Shown: piece by piece, positions 22,288 through 34,139 of the stretch
How positions within the stretch are numbered: the first letter of the stretch is position 1
Layout: the number at the start of each line of letters is the position of its first letter
Assembly: GCA_963729015.1 (NCBI GenBank)
Contig: CAVSMJ010000007.1
Location: forward strand, 13,094-77,093
DNA from: an uncultured Actinomycetota bacterium
Lineage (GTDB): Bacteria > Actinomycetota > Actinomycetes > Propionibacteriales > Nocardioidaceae
Direction: 5' to 3'
Length of the DNA stretch: 64,000 bases
The notes under the pieces: model-generated
Seen by the model: only the letters and a program-made list of their open reading frames with translations
Told to the model about the DNA's origin: nothing
Database searches by the model: none
Made by a program: the position numbers and the translations under genes

Positions 22288-22313
22288 GACGGATTCGGAC
22301 GGCGTGCGGTTCA
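22288..22313 (-). promoter_or_regulatory. ECF17 (SigL/SigU-type) promoter for the 4-TM protein gene
   Basis: Minus strand TGAACC (22313-22308), 16 nt gcacgccgtccgaatc, CGTC (22291-22288). Confidence 0.75.
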
Positions 22314-24140
22314 GGCGCGGGTCAGCCAGAGCGCCTGGTACGGCGGCAGGTGGAGGGCGTCGGGGTAGCCGTCGGGCCGGCGCCCGGTGATCCGGTCGAC
22401 CACGTGCCCGGGATCGAGGCCGAGGTCGCGCAGCACCTGGTACGGCAGCACCCGGTCGGTGTCGGTGACGTTGTAGGCGCCGAGCATCGCGCCCAGCGGG
22501 TGCCGCCGGGCGACGAGCAGCACGCCGGGGTCCTGGGGATCGAGCACCTCGGCGGCGACGGCGGCGTGCAGGTGCGGCAGGCGCCTTGCGGGCGTCGATC
22601 AGGGCGCGCAGCGCGGCCCGCACGCCGTGGGTGTCCTCGGGCGGCGGCCACGGCATCGCGGGGCGGTGCGCCCAGCGGTTGTCGTCGGCGTGCTCGGGGA
22701 TCGACTGCCAGTCGGGGTCGTTGAGCAGGCCGAGCTCGTCGCCCATCCAGATCACCGGCACGCCGCCGAAGCCCAGCACGATGGCGTGCACCAGCCGGAT
22801 CCGGTCGAGCGCCAGCGGGTCGCCGGCCTCGAGCCCGGCCAGCGAGGCGAGGCTCCCGGAGATGCGCCGGTCGTGGGTCACCGGGTTCTCCTGGAACACC
22901 AGCCCGCGCGCCCACGACCCCGGGAAGTCGCCGGAGTAGAAGTCGGAGAGGAACTTCCGGTGGCCGTAGCCGCTGACCCCGACCGCGGCAGCGCAGTCGT
23001 CGTCGATGGCCCAGCCGATGTCGTCGTGGCAGCGGGCGTAGGTGATCCAGGCGGTGGTGCTCGGCGGCGTCGGCGAGCTGCTGCAGGGAGTACGCCGCGA
23101 GGCCGGCGTCGCGGCTGGCCAGCATCGACCAGATCTGCACCATCAGGCTGTTGTGGTAGGCGAGGTCGCTGACCTTGCCGTGGTGCTCGCCCTGTCCGAG
23201 GTAGGCCAGCAGGTCCTGCGGGCCGACGATCGCCTCGGCCTTGAACAGCGTCGCCGGGGCGGCGATCCGCGTCGACCGTGCGGAGCGCCTGGGTCAGCGC
23301 GTGCACCTCGGGCTGGTTCTGGCAGGCGGTGCCCATCCGCTTCCAGATGAACGCGATCGCGTCGAGCCGGAGCACCTCGACGCCGTGGTTGGCCAGGTTG
23401 AGGATGATCTCGGCGTACTCGCAGAGCACGTCGGGGTTCGACCAGTTGACGTCCCACTGGTAGTCGTTGAACGTCGTCCAGACCCAGCCGTCCAGCTCGT
23501 CGTCCCAGGTGAAGTTGCCGGGCGCGAAGTCGGGGAACACCTCGGGCAGGGTGCGTTCGTACTCGTCCGGAGTGGTGCGGTCGTCGTACACGTGGAAGTA
23601 GGCGCGGTAGCGCGGGTCGCCCTGCCTGGCCCGCTCGGCCCACGCGTGCTCGCGCGCGACGTGGTTGAGCACCAGGTCGAGGCACAGGCTGATGCCGTGC
23701 TCGCGCAGCACCCTGGTCAGGTCGCGCAGGTCGTCCATGGTGCCGAGGTCGGGGCGCACGCTGTCGTAGTCCTGCACCGCGTAGCCGCCGTCGTTCGGTC
23801 CCTCGCGCGGCGTGAGCAGCGGCATCAGGTGCAGGTAGGTGACGCCGAGGTCGGCGAGGTAGGCGGTCCGCTCGGCCACGCCCTGGAGCGTGCCGGCGAA
23901 GCGGTCGGCGTACGCCGCGTAGCCCACCATGTCCTCGCGCTGGAACCAGTCCGGCGCCAGCGACCGCTTCAGGTCGAGCGCGTGCAGCTCCTCGGGACGT
24001 GCGGCGAACGCCTTCGCCGCGATCTGGACGAGCCGTTGTCGGACCTCGGCGGGGTCGTCGAAGAGCGGGGCGAGCGCCGCCTCGAGGTCGGGGAGCCAGC
24101 GCTCGAGCCGAGCCTGGAACAGCTCCTCGGCACCGGTCAT
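22311..24140 (-). CDS. GH13 amylosucrase-like glucosidase/transglucosidase, frameshifted
   Basis: [30 protein letters not shown] (nucleophile), FKAEAIV (acid/base), [16 protein letters not shown]. Confidence 0.9.
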
Positions 24141-24144
24141 CGAG

Positions 24145-25281
24145 TCAGGACAGGCAGTCGTGGATGGCGCGGACGTAGACCTCGGAGCGGTCCGAGCCGA
24201 TGATCCCCGGCGCCATCCGGTTCATCATGTAGCTGATCGTCGTCCCCGAGTCGACCTCGCAGATGATGACCGAGCCGCCCCAGCCGCCCCAGTAGCAGGT
24301 CTTTCCCGCCACGTAGGGCAGCGTCTGCGTCTCCGGCAGCGCGAAGCCGATGCCGAAGCGCAGGTTCACGCCCAGCACCAGGTCGGGGCCGTGGCTCTGC
24401 TCGTCGAAGATCAGGTCGATGGTGTCCGGCGAGACCAGCCGTACGCCGTCCACCGTGCCCCCGAGCGACAGCGCCTTGAGCATCCGCGCCACCGAGCGGG
24501 CGTTGCCGTGGCCGTTGAGCGCGCCGAGGTCGGCCCCGCGCCAGCCGGGCGTGTTCGCCGCGTCGGCGGAGGCGGCCGGCCCGGTGAACGTCTTGAACAT
24601 CGGGCTCTCCGGGTCGAGGCTCCCGAGGTCGATCGGCAGCGGCGGCGGCGGTACGACGGGCGCGATCCGGTCCCAGTCCGACTCGACCGCGCCGATCTGG
24701 AAGTCGGCACCCAGCGGGCCGGCGATCTCCTCGGCCACGAACTGCTTGAGGGGCTTGCCGCTGACCCGCCGGATCACCTCGCCGACCAGGTGCCCCTGGT
24801 TCTGCGCGTGGTACCCCGACGCCGTACCCGGCTCCCACCACGGCGCCTGCTCGGCCAGCCGGGCCGTGGACTTGTCCCAGTCGTACATGTCCTCGACCAC
24901 GAACGGCTGGTCCCACCCGGAGACGCCGGAGGTGTGGCTCATCAGGTGCCGCACCTCGATCTGGTCCTTGCCGTTCTCGGCGAACTCCGGCCAGTAGGTC
25001 GCGACCTTCTCGTAGGGGTCCAGCTGCCCGCGGTCGACCAGCATCAGCGCGGCCAGGCTGGTCACCGTCTTGGTGGTCGACCAGACGTTCACGATCGTGT
25101 CCTCGTCCCACGGCGTCGTCCGCTCCTCGTCGCGCCAGCCGCCCCAGATGTCGAGCAGCGTCTCGCCGCCGACGTCGACCACGATGCTCGCGCCCAGCTC
25201 CTCGCCGTGCTCGAGCTGCTCGGCCAGCGCCTCCCGGACCGGCTCGAGCCTCGCGTCCGCCGTACCGTGCACCTCGGCCAT
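24145..25281 (-). CDS. Serine hydrolase, beta-lactamase/family VIII esterase
   Basis: WSTTK (SxxK), [27 protein letters not shown]. Confidence 0.9.
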   Translation of the reverse strand: MAEVHGTADARLEPVREALAEQLEHGEELGASIVVDVGGETLLDIWGGWRDEERTTPWDEDTIVNVWSTTKTVTSLAALMLVDRGQLDPYEKVATYWPEFAENGKDQIEVRHLMSHTSGVSGWDQPFVVEDMYDWDKSTARLAEQAPWWEPGTASGYHAQNQGHLVGEVIRRVSGKPLKQFVAEEIAGPLGADFQIGAVESDWDRIAPVVPPPPLPIDLGSLDPESPMFKTFTGPAASADAANTPGWRGADLGALNGHGNARSVARMLKALSLGGTVDGVRLVSPDTIDLIFDEQSHGPDLVLGVNLRFGIGFALPETQTLPYVAGKTCYWGGWGGSVIICEVDSGTTISYMMNRMAPGIIGSDRSEVYVRAIHDCLS

Positions 25282-25364
25282 GTCGTCTCCCTCGTCAGCG
25301 TGGTCGTCGCACCATGGCGCGAACCGGTCCCCGAGGGCAAGACCCGACCCCGCGAGCCGAGCGA

Positions 25365-25856
25365 TCAGCCCGGTGGCCGCCCCGACGTGATCAGCGTGCC
25401 CGTCTCGTCGTCGGCCTCCACCCAGGATCCCGCCATGGCGATCACCGCGATGGCGGAGGTCGGCATCTCGACCTCGGCCCCCGTCAGTCGCCGGACCAGG
25501 TCCTCGACGCCGGGGTTGTGACCGACGAGGACCACGGCCGACAGGTCGTCGGAGAGCCCGCGCACCACGGCGAGCAGGCTCGGGCAGTGGCGGCGTAGAG
25601 CCGGTCGTCGATGCGGGACGGCGGGGGTGAGTCGAGCTCTGCGGCGACCAGGTCCCACGTGCTCCGGGTCCGTTGCGCGGAGGACACGAGGGCGAGATCG
25701 ATCGCGTCCAGTTGGCGTTCAGCCACTGGCCGGCCTCGGGAGCCTGGCGCCGCCCACGAGGCGCGAGCGGACGGTCGACGTCGGTCTCGTCGCCGGACCA
25801 GTCCGACTTCGCGTGCCGGAGGACGATCAGGCGGCGCCGATGAGGTCAGGCGACAT
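25365..25856 (-). CDS. SixA-like histidine phosphatase, frameshifted
   Basis: LIVLRHAKSDW, VSSAQRTRSTW, LVGHNPG, MPTSAIAV. Confidence 0.85.
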
Positions 25857-25866
25857 GACCCCCACG

Positions 25867-26728
25867 CTAGGGGATCTCGAGCTTCATGCTGAGCGTGACC
25901 GCCTTGACCGACGAGAGGCCCGCGGCGTACAGGACGGCTCCCACGGTGATCATCACGTAGCCGAGCCACTCGAGGCCTCGCGCCTCGAGGAGCAGCCCGC
26001 CGGCGCGCGCCACCACGAAGCCGGGCGTCATCGCCACGGCACCCAGCGCCCAGCCGGTGACCCAGCGCTGCACCGTCTGCACCGGCCCGAAGTGGGTACG
26101 ACGGATGCCGATGACCCACGCCGGCAGCACGACCAGGGCCGTGAGCATGATCCCGTACATGCCTCCCAGGAAGCCGTAGTAGACCCACTCCGGCTCCACC
26201 CGGGGGATCACGGCGAAGCCGAGGGTGACCACGACGCCCATCAGGAATGCCGGCCGCGACGATCCTGCGCCGGAAGGCCGCGTCTGCCGGATCGCACGCA
26301 TGATCTGGGGTCGTTCGTGCGTGATGGCGAAGCCGAAGACGCTGTTGCACCAGAGCGCCGCGACGCCCGCGAGGGACGCCGCCCCGACGGCCACCAGGAC
26401 CTCCGTGAGCGCTGGGGTCACCCAGCGGCACGTTGCGGAGCTTCTGGCGGTGGAGGTCCCACATCACCAGCCAGACCCAGATCGCCGGGACCAGCTCGAG
26501 CAGCAGCAGCCGCCAGTTCGAGAGCAACAGCTTGAGGCCTCGCACGACCAGCACGAGCATCCCCGCGACCCAGGCGACAGGGGCGAGGTAGCGGCGCGAC
26601 GAGCCCAGCCGCCGGGCCGTGGTCTCGATCTGCACCGGGTCGGCGTCTGCGACGGCGCGCACCAGCCCGACGAGACGCGTCCTGGCACTCGTCAGGCGTG
26701 GCTCGGACCGGCCACCCGCTTCTGTCAC
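25867..26728 (-). CDS. Hypothetical multi-pass membrane protein, frameshifted
   Basis: GTGA overlap with lutC stop; several hydrophobic helices ([29 protein letters not shown]). Confidence 0.65.
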
Positions 26729-27299
26729 TCCACAAGGATGACGTGCAGGTTCCGCGGACCGTGCACACCCTCGACGCGATCCAGCTCGATGTCGCTGGTG
26801 GCCGACGGGCCGCTGATCCAGGTGTGCGGTTCCTGGGGGTCGAGCGCGGCGACGGCGTCCTGTACGTCGGCGACCACCTGGTCGGCCCGGACGATGCACA
26901 CGTGCCGGTCGGGCACGAGCGTGAGCGCGCGACGACCCTGGCCGGGCCCGTGGCTCGAGCACGATCGTGCCGGTCTCGGCGATCGCGACGGAGGCCTCGG
27001 TGACGACGGTGTCGATCCGGTCGAGCTCGTGCGGCGGTGAATCCTTCGTCGACCACGGCGCCCTCCACCGAGAGGGCCAGCCCGGCCGGCACGACGACGC
27101 GACCCGAGACGGCCGCCGCGACGCGACCGGCCAGCTCGTCCGGCGTACACCTCTCGACGACGGCGCGGTAGTCCGCACACCGCTCGGCGAACAGGTCGAC
27201 CGACGGCGGACCGGACGGATTCAACGAGGGTCGCGGAGGGGCGACGACACCGGCGGTGGCATCGCGTACGCGGGAGAGGATCTCGTCGCGGGCGCTCAT
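26725..27299 (-). CDS. lutC: Lactate utilization protein C (LUD domain), frameshifted
   Basis: [56 protein letters not shown]. Confidence 0.9.
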
Positions 27300-28750
27300 G
27301 AGCGTCCCCCGTCCGTGCGCTTCCACCACGCGCGGAACGACTCCCGCGCGGGCACCGGCAGGTCGCGCGCCTGGGTCCAGGCCGACCCGCCCGGCGGCCG
27401 ACTCTCCCGGCGCAGCGCCCGGCCCACGAGGCCGGCGACCCGCTCGCCGAACGCCAGCCGACGGGGCGAGCCGAACGCGGCACCGGTCGCCTTCATGGCC
27501 AGCGACTCGGCCTTGGGCCGGCGGTCGCCGCGGTGGGCGTCGACGACCTGGGCGCGCAGGTCGACCAGCACCTCGGGGATGTCGATGCGCACCGGGCAGA
27601 CCTCGAAGCAGGCGCCGCACAGCGAGGAGGCGTAGGGCAGCGAGTCGGTCTGCGCGTCCTGACCGACGCCGTTGAGCAGCGGGTTGAGGATCGCGCCGAT
27701 CGGGCCCGGGTAGACCGAGCCGTAGGCGTGGCCGCCCACCCGCTCGTAGACCGGGCAGACGTTGAGGCAGGCCGAGCAGCGGATGCACCGCAGCGCCTGG
27801 CGTCCGACCTCGTCGGCGAGCGCGTTGGTGCGCCCGTTGTCGAGGAGTACGACGTGGATCTCCTGCGGCCCGTCGCCGGGAGTGACGCCGGTCCACGTCG
27901 AGGTGTAGGGGTTCATCCGCTCGCCGGTCGAGGAGCGCGGCAGCAGCCGGAGGAACACGTCGAGGTCCTGCCAGGTCGGCACCACCTTCTCGATGCCGAC
28001 CACGGAGATCAGCACCTCCGGCAGGGTCAGGCACATCCGGCCGTTGCCCTCGGACTCGACGACCACGAGCGTCCCGGTCTCGGCGACGGCGAAGTTGGCG
28101 CCGGAGACCGCCACCTTGGCGCGCAGGAACTTCTCGCGCAGGTGCAGCCGCGCCGCCCCCGCGAGCTCCGCCGGGTTGTCGGTGAGGTCGTCCGGAGCCG
28201 GCTTGCCCGCCGCCGCCATGTGGTCGAGGAAGATCTGCCGGATCTCCGCGCGGTTGCGGTGGATCGCGGGCACCAGGATGTGGCTGGGCAGGTCGTCGCC
28301 GAGCTGCACGATCAGCTCGGCCAGGTCGGTCTCCCAGGCGGCGATGCCCTCCTCGGCCAGCGCCTCGTTGAGCCCGATCTCCTGGGTCACCATCGACTTG
28401 ACCTTGACGACCTCGTCGGCGTCGTGCGACTTGGCGATCTCGGCGACGATCCGGTTGGCCTCGTCACCGTCGCGCGCCCAGTGCACCGTGCCGCCGGCGG
28501 CAGTGATCGCGGACTCGAGCCGGACCAGGTGCTGCTCGAGGTCGGCCAGCGTCGCGTCCTTGATCGCGGCCCCGGCCACGCGCAGGTCCTCCCAGTCCGG
28601 GACCTCAGCGACCACCCGGGCGCGCTTGTCGCGGATCGTGGTGGTGGCGTGCGCGAGGTTGTGGCGCAGCTGGGTGTCGGCGAGCGCGGCGCGCGCCGCC
28701 TCGGGAAAGGCGGGCATCCCGACGAAGGTGGCGTGAGTCGGTGAGGTCAT
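27296..28750 (-). CDS. lutB: Lactate utilization protein B (Fe-S)
   Basis: [57 protein letters not shown]. Confidence 0.95.
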   Translation of the reverse strand: MTSPTHATFVGMPAFPEAARAALADTQLRHNLAHATTTIRDKRARVVAEVPDWEDLRVAGAAIKDATLADLEQHLVRLESAITAAGGTVHWARDGDEANRIVAEIAKSHDADEVVKVKSMVTQEIGLNEALAEEGIAAWETDLAELIVQLGDDLPSHILVPAIHRNRAEIRQIFLDHMAAAGKPAPDDLTDNPAELAGAARLHLREKFLRAKVAVSGANFAVAETGTLVVVESEGNGRMCLTLPEVLISVVGIEKVVPTWQDLDVFLRLLPRSSTGERMNPYTSTWTGVTPGDGPQEIHVVLLDNGRTNALADEVGRQALRCIRCSACLNVCPVYERVGGHAYGSVYPGPIGAILNPLLNGVGQDAQTDSLPYASSLCGACFEVCPVRIDIPEVLVDLRAQVVDAHRGDRRPKAESLAMKATGAAFGSPRRLAFGERVAGLVGRALRRESRPPGGSAWTQARDLPVPARESFRAWWKRTDGGRS

Positions 28751-29472
28751 GTCGACGCCAGCACCTCCGCCAGGTGCATCGTGCGTACGCCGGCCCGCTG
28801 GCGCGTGAGCAGCCCGCCCATGTGCATCAGGCAGGAGCTGTCACCGGCCACCAGCACCTCGGCGCCGGTCTCGCGCACGTGGCGCACCTTGTCCGAACCC
28901 ATCGCGATCGAGGTGTCGGCGTTCTTCACCGCGAAGGTGCCACCGAACCCGCAGCACTGATCGGCGCCCGGCAGGTCGACGAGCCGGATCCCCCGCACCG
29001 CCTCGAGCAGGCGGGTCGGCCGGTCCCCCACGCCGAGCGCGCGCAGCGAGTGGCAGGTCGGGTGGTAGGTGACCGTGTGCGGGAAGGAGGCTCCGACGTC
29101 GGTCACGCCCAGCACGTCGACGAGGAACTCCGAGAGCTCGAAGACCCGCGGCTCGAGGCGCGACACCCGCTCCTGCAGCCGGGTGTCGCCCGACCGCTTC
29201 GCGACGATCCGCTGCTGGTGGCGCGCCGATCCGGCGCAGGATCCCGACGGGGTCACCACGGCGTCGTACGACTCGAAGGCGTCGACGAAGTTGCGGACCG
29301 CCGGCACCGCCTCGTCGAGGTAGCCGGTGTTGACCATCGGCTGTCCGCAGCAGGTCTGCTGCTCGGGGAACTCCACGTCGACCCCGAGCCGTCGCAGCAG
29401 GGTCACCACCGCCTTGCCGGCGTCGGGGAACATCGCGTCGTTCAGACAGGTGACCTGGAGTGCGACTCGCAT
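28747..29472 (-). CDS. lutA: Lactate utilization protein A (CCG domains)
   Basis: QTCCGQPMVNTG, TPSGSCAG, YHPTCHSLR, QCCGFGGTFAVKN. Confidence 0.95.
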   Translation of the reverse strand: MRVALQVTCLNDAMFPDAGKAVVTLLRRLGVDVEFPEQQTCCGQPMVNTGYLDEAVPAVRNFVDAFESYDAVVTPSGSCAGSARHQQRIVAKRSGDTRLQERVSRLEPRVFELSEFLVDVLGVTDVGASFPHTVTYHPTCHSLRALGVGDRPTRLLEAVRGIRLVDLPGADQCCGFGGTFAVKNADTSIAMGSDKVRHVRETGAEVLVAGDSSCLMHMGGLLTRQRAGVRTMHLAEVLAST

Positions 29473-29477
29473 CCGGC

Positions 29478-30929
29478 TCAGCCCAGCCGCTTCTCGGCCG
29501 CGTCCCAGTCACCCGAGACGTCCGACGGTTCGTACCTGCTCAGCTCCAGCGTGCGACGCAGCAGGTCGCGCATCGCGGCCAGGTCGGGGAGGTCCTCGCC
29601 GAGCGCGCGGGCCTGCACCAGCACGTTGCCCAGCGCGGCCGCCTCGGTGGGGCCGGCCACGACCGGCAGCCCGCACGCGTCCGCGGTCAGCTGGCAGAGC
29701 AGCTCGTTCTTCGAGCCACCACCCACGATGTGGACGACTTCGGGACGCACACCCGCGACCCTAGACGCGGTGCGGACCGTACGCCGGTACGCGAGCGCCA
29801 GGCTGTCCAGCACCATCCGGGTCATCGCGGCCTCGGTGCCGGGCACCGGCTCCCCCGCCGCCTCCGCGAGCGCCCGCAGTCGACCCGGCATGTCGCCGGG
29901 CGGAAGCAGGCTCGGGTCGTCGACGTCGACCACGCTGACGAGCGCCGGCTCCTCGGCCGCCTCGCGCGAGCAGCTCCGCGAGATCGACGTTCCACTCGCG
30001 CACGCACTCCGAGAGGACCCAGAGGCCCATCACGTTCTTCAGGAAGCGCACGGTGCCGTCGACACCGCCCTCGTTGGTGAAGTCGGCGCGGCGCGCGTCC
30101 TCGCTCAGGATCGGGCCCGGGCAGCTCCAGGCCCGACGAGCGACCAGGTGCCCGAGGAGACGTACGCCGAAGGGCCGGTCCTCCGCTCGGGACCCCGACC
30201 ACGGCCGACGCCGTGTCGTGCGAGCCGACGGCGATCACCGGCGTGCTCTCGGGAAGGCCGACCTCGGCCGCGACCTCGGGCGAGCAGCTCGCCGATGACC
30301 TCGCCGGGCTCGACCAGCGGCGGCAGCAGGTCGGTGCGCAGGCCGAGGCCCTCGAGCAGCGGCAGCGCCCACTCGCGCGTCGTGGCGTCGTAGAACTGCG
30401 TGGTCGAGGCGTTGGTGCGCTCGGCCACCCGGTTGCCGGTCAGCCAGAACGCGAGCAGGTCGGGCAGCAGCAGCAGCGTCGCCGGCGTCCGCGTAGTCGG
30501 CCGAGTCCCGGGCCGCCACGAGCTGGTAGAGCGTGTTGAACGGCAGCTGCTGGATCCCCGTCACGTCGTACAACGCTGACTCGCCGAGCTCGGCCGACGA
30601 CCTTCTCGCGGACGCCGTCGGTGCGCCCGTCGCGGTGGGAGTACGGCGCCCCGAGCAGCCGGCCGTCCTCGTCGACCAGGCCGTAGTCGATCGCCCACGA
30701 GTCGATGCCGATGCTGTCCACCGGGCCGGACGCGGCCGCCGCCCGCAGCCCGACGAGCAGCTCGCGGTGGATCCGCTCGATGTCCCAGCGCAGCGACCCG
30801 TCGTCGTGACGGACACCGCCGTTGGGGAAGCGGTGCACCTCCTCGAGCCGCAGCTCGTCGGCCCCGACCTCGGCCACCATCACGCGTCCCGAGGTGGCGC
30901 CGAGGTCGAAGGCGACGCAGCGCTCTCAT
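29478..30929 (-). CDS. rhaB: Rhamnulokinase, frameshifted
   Basis: [79 protein letters not shown]. Confidence 0.9.
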
Positions 30930-32973
30930 CGCAGGAACGCCGCCGCCACGCCCGCGTCCACCGGGATGTGCAGCCCGGTCGTGTGCGTCATGTTCGGTCC
31001 GCAGAGCGCGAAGACCGCGTTGGCGCAGTGCTCGGGCAGCACCTCGCGCTTGAGCAGGGTGCGCTGGGCGTAGAACTTGCCGAGGTCCTTCTCCTCCACG
31101 CCGTAGACCTCCGCGCGCTTGGCGCCCCAGCCGCCGGCGAAGATGCCGGAGCCCTGGACGACGCCGTCGGGGTTCACGCCGTTGACCTTGATGCCGTACT
31201 CGCCGAGCTCGGCCGCCAGCAGCCGCACCTGGTGGGCCTGGTCGGCCTTCACCGCGGAGTAGGCGATGTTGTTCGGCCCGGCGAAGACCGAGTTCTTCGA
31301 GGAGATGTAGACGATGTCGCCGCCCAGCTCCTGCTCGATCAGCACCTTCGCCGCGGCCCGCGAGACCAGGAACGAGCCCTTGGCCATCACGTCGTGCTGG
31401 AGGTCCCAGTCCTGCACCGTGGTCTCGAGCAGCGGCTTGGACAGGCTGAGCCCGGCGTTGTTGACGACCAGGTCGAGCCCGCCGAAGGCCAGCACGGTCG
31501 CGTCGACCATCGCCTGCACGGCGTCCTCGTCGCTCACGTCGACCTGCACGCCGACGGCCACGTCGCTGTTGCCGATCGCCTCGGCCGCCGACCTGCGCCT
31601 TGCTCGAGGTCGAGGTCGGCGATCACGACACAGGCACCCTCGGCCGCGAGCTTCTCGGCGATCGCCTTGCCGATGCCGCTGGCGGCACCGGTGACCAGGG
31701 CGATCCGCGTCGCGAGGGGCTTGGGCGCCGGCATCCGCTGGAGCTTGGCCTCCTCGAGGGCCCAGTACTCGATGCGGAACTTCTCCGACTCGTCGATCGG
31801 CGCGTACGTCGAGACGCCCTCGGCGCCGCGCATCACGTTGATCGCGTTGACGTAGAACTCCCCCGCCACGCGGGCGGTCTGCTTGTCCTTGCCGAAGCTG
31901 AACATCCCGACGCCGGGCACCAGCACGATCAGCGGGTCGGCCCCGCGGATGGCCGGGGAGTCCTCGCTGGAGTTGCGGTCGTAGTAGCCCTGGTAGTCCT
32001 CGCGGTAGGGCTCGTGCAGCTCCTTGAGCCGCGCGACCATCTCCTCGACGCGAGGCGGTGCCGGGCAGGTCGAGCACCATCGGCTTGACCTTGGTGCGCA
32101 GGAAGTGGTCGGGGCAGCTGGTGCCGAGCTCGGCCAGCCGCGGGTGCTCGGCGGAGGCGAGGAAGTCGAGCACCACGTCGGAGTCGGTGAAGTGGCCCGA
32201 CCATCGGCCGGTCCTGCGAGGCGATCGAGCGGATCGTCGGCGCGATGGCGGCGGCCTTCGCGCGGCGCTCCTCGACCGGCAGGGCGGCGTACCCCTCCAG
32301 GGCGGGGCCGAACGGCTCGTCCACGCTGTTGGCGGCGATGTAGTCGGCCGCGGTGTCGATGATCTTCAGCGAGTTGGCCTCGCACTCCTCGCTGGTGTCG
32401 CCCCACGCGGTGACGCCGTGGCCACCGAGGATGCAGCCGATCGCCTGCGGGTTCTGCGCCTTGATCTCGGCGATGTCGAGGCCGAGCTGGAAGCCGGGAC
32501 GACGCCACGGCACCCAGACCACGGTGTCGCCGAAGATCTTGTGGGTCAGCTGCTCGCCGTCGGCCGCGGTCGCGATCGCGATGCCGGAGTCGGGGTGCAG
32601 GTGGTCGACGTGCGCGGAGTCGACGAGACCGTGCATGGCGGTGTCGATCGACGGCGCCGCGCCGCCCTTGCCGTGCAGGCAGTAGTCGAAGGCCGCGACC
32701 ATCTCGTCCTCGCGCTCGACGCCCGGGTAGACGTCCACCAGCGCGCGCATCCGGTCGAGCCGCAGGGCCGCGAGACCCGACGCCTTCAGCGTGCCGAGGT
32801 CTCCGCCGGAGCCCTTCACCCAGACCAGCTCGACGTCCTCGTTGGTGACGGGGTCGGTCTCGACGCCCTTGGCGGAGGTGTTGCCGCCGGCGTAGTTGGT
32901 GTTCTTCGGGTCCGCACCGAGCCGGTTCGACCGCTCGATCAGAGCGGCCACCGTCGGGTTGTGCGTCAGTCAC
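30926..32973 (-). CDS. rhaD: Bifunctional rhamnulose-1-phosphate aldolase/short-chain (lactaldehyde) dehydrogenase (RhaEW type), frameshifted
   Basis: TNYAGGNTSAK, VKGSGGDLGT, PSIDTAMH, HVDHLHPD, CPDHFLRTK, EYWALEEAKL, TGAASGIG, NIAYSAVKA. Confidence 0.9.
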
Positions 32974-32974
32974 G

Positions 32975-34139
32975 TCAGTTCCATCCTGCCTGGGCCCCGC
33001 CTACGCGGTCGGCCTCGATCTGTTCCTGGTACCCACTCGCGAGATAGGCCCGCATCGGGTCGGCCGGCAGTCCGCGCTCCTCGCGCCAGCCGGCCAGGTC
33101 ACGTCGTACGTCGGTGTAGAACGCGTCCATGAAGATCTCGTTGGCGGCCAGCACGTCGCCGGACGCGCGGGCCGCGTCGAGGGCGGGCAGGTCGAGGAGC
33201 AGCGCGCGCGCCGTCATCTCCTGCACGTTGAGCACCGACCGGATCTGGCCGGGGATCTTCGCCTCGATGTTGTGGCACTGGTCGAGCATCAGCGCGACGT
33301 CCGAGCCCGCGCCGTAGCCGCCGCCGCGGATCACCTCGACCATGATGCGGAAGAGCTGGTACGGGTCGGCCGCCCCGACGATCAGGTCGTCGTCGGCGTA
33401 GAAGCGGCTGTTGAAGTCGAACGAGCCGAGCTTCCCGAGCCGCAGCAGCTGGGCCACGATGAACTCGATGTTGGTGCCGGGCGCGTGGTGGCCGGTGTCG
33501 AGGCACACCAACGCGCGGTCCCCGAGCGCCGCCACCTGGACGTACGACGTGCCCCAGTCCGGCACGTCGGTGTGGTAGAACGCCGGCTCGAAGAACTTGT
33601 ACTCCAGCACCAGCCGCTGGTCCTCCCCGATGTGGGAGTAGATCTCGGCCAGCCCCTCGGCCAGCCAGTCCTGGCGGGTGCGCATGTCGGCCTGGCCCGG
33701 GTAGTTGGTGCCGTCGGCCAGCCAGATCTTCAGGTCGCGCGACCCGGTCTGGTTCATCACCTCGATGCAGTCGAGGTTGTGCTGCACCGCCTTGGCGCGC
33801 ACCTTCGGGGTCGGCGTTGGTCAGGCTGCCGAGCTTGTAGTCGTCGTCCTGGAAGGTGTTGCTGTTGATCGTGCCGAGCCGCACACCCAGGTCCTCGGCG
33901 TACGCCGCGAGCTTGCCGTAGTCGTCGACGAGGTCCCACGGGATGTGCAGGGCCACGCTCGGAGCCAGCCCGGTGTAGCGGTGCACCTCGGCGGCGTCGG
34001 CGATCTTCTCCTCCACGCTGCGGGGCGTGCCGGCCGAGCCGAACACCTTGAACCGCGTGCCGGAGTTGCCGTAGGCCCAGGAGGGGACCTCGATCGCGAG
34101 CTCGGCGAGCCGGCCGCTGATGTCGGTGAAGCTGGTCAT
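32975..34139 (-). CDS. rhaI: L-rhamnose isomerase (RhaI type), one frameshift
   Basis: IEVPSWAYGNSGTRFKVF, VALHIPWD, WLADGTNYPGQ, LEYKFFEPAFYHTDVPDWG, DFNSRFYADDDL. Confidence 0.95.

Noticed and set aside
34049-34073. Extra TGAACC-N15-CGTA match
   Set aside because: Lies antisense inside rhaI with no downstream gene; treated as a chance hit. It also shows that the N15 version of the motif alone is weak evidence.
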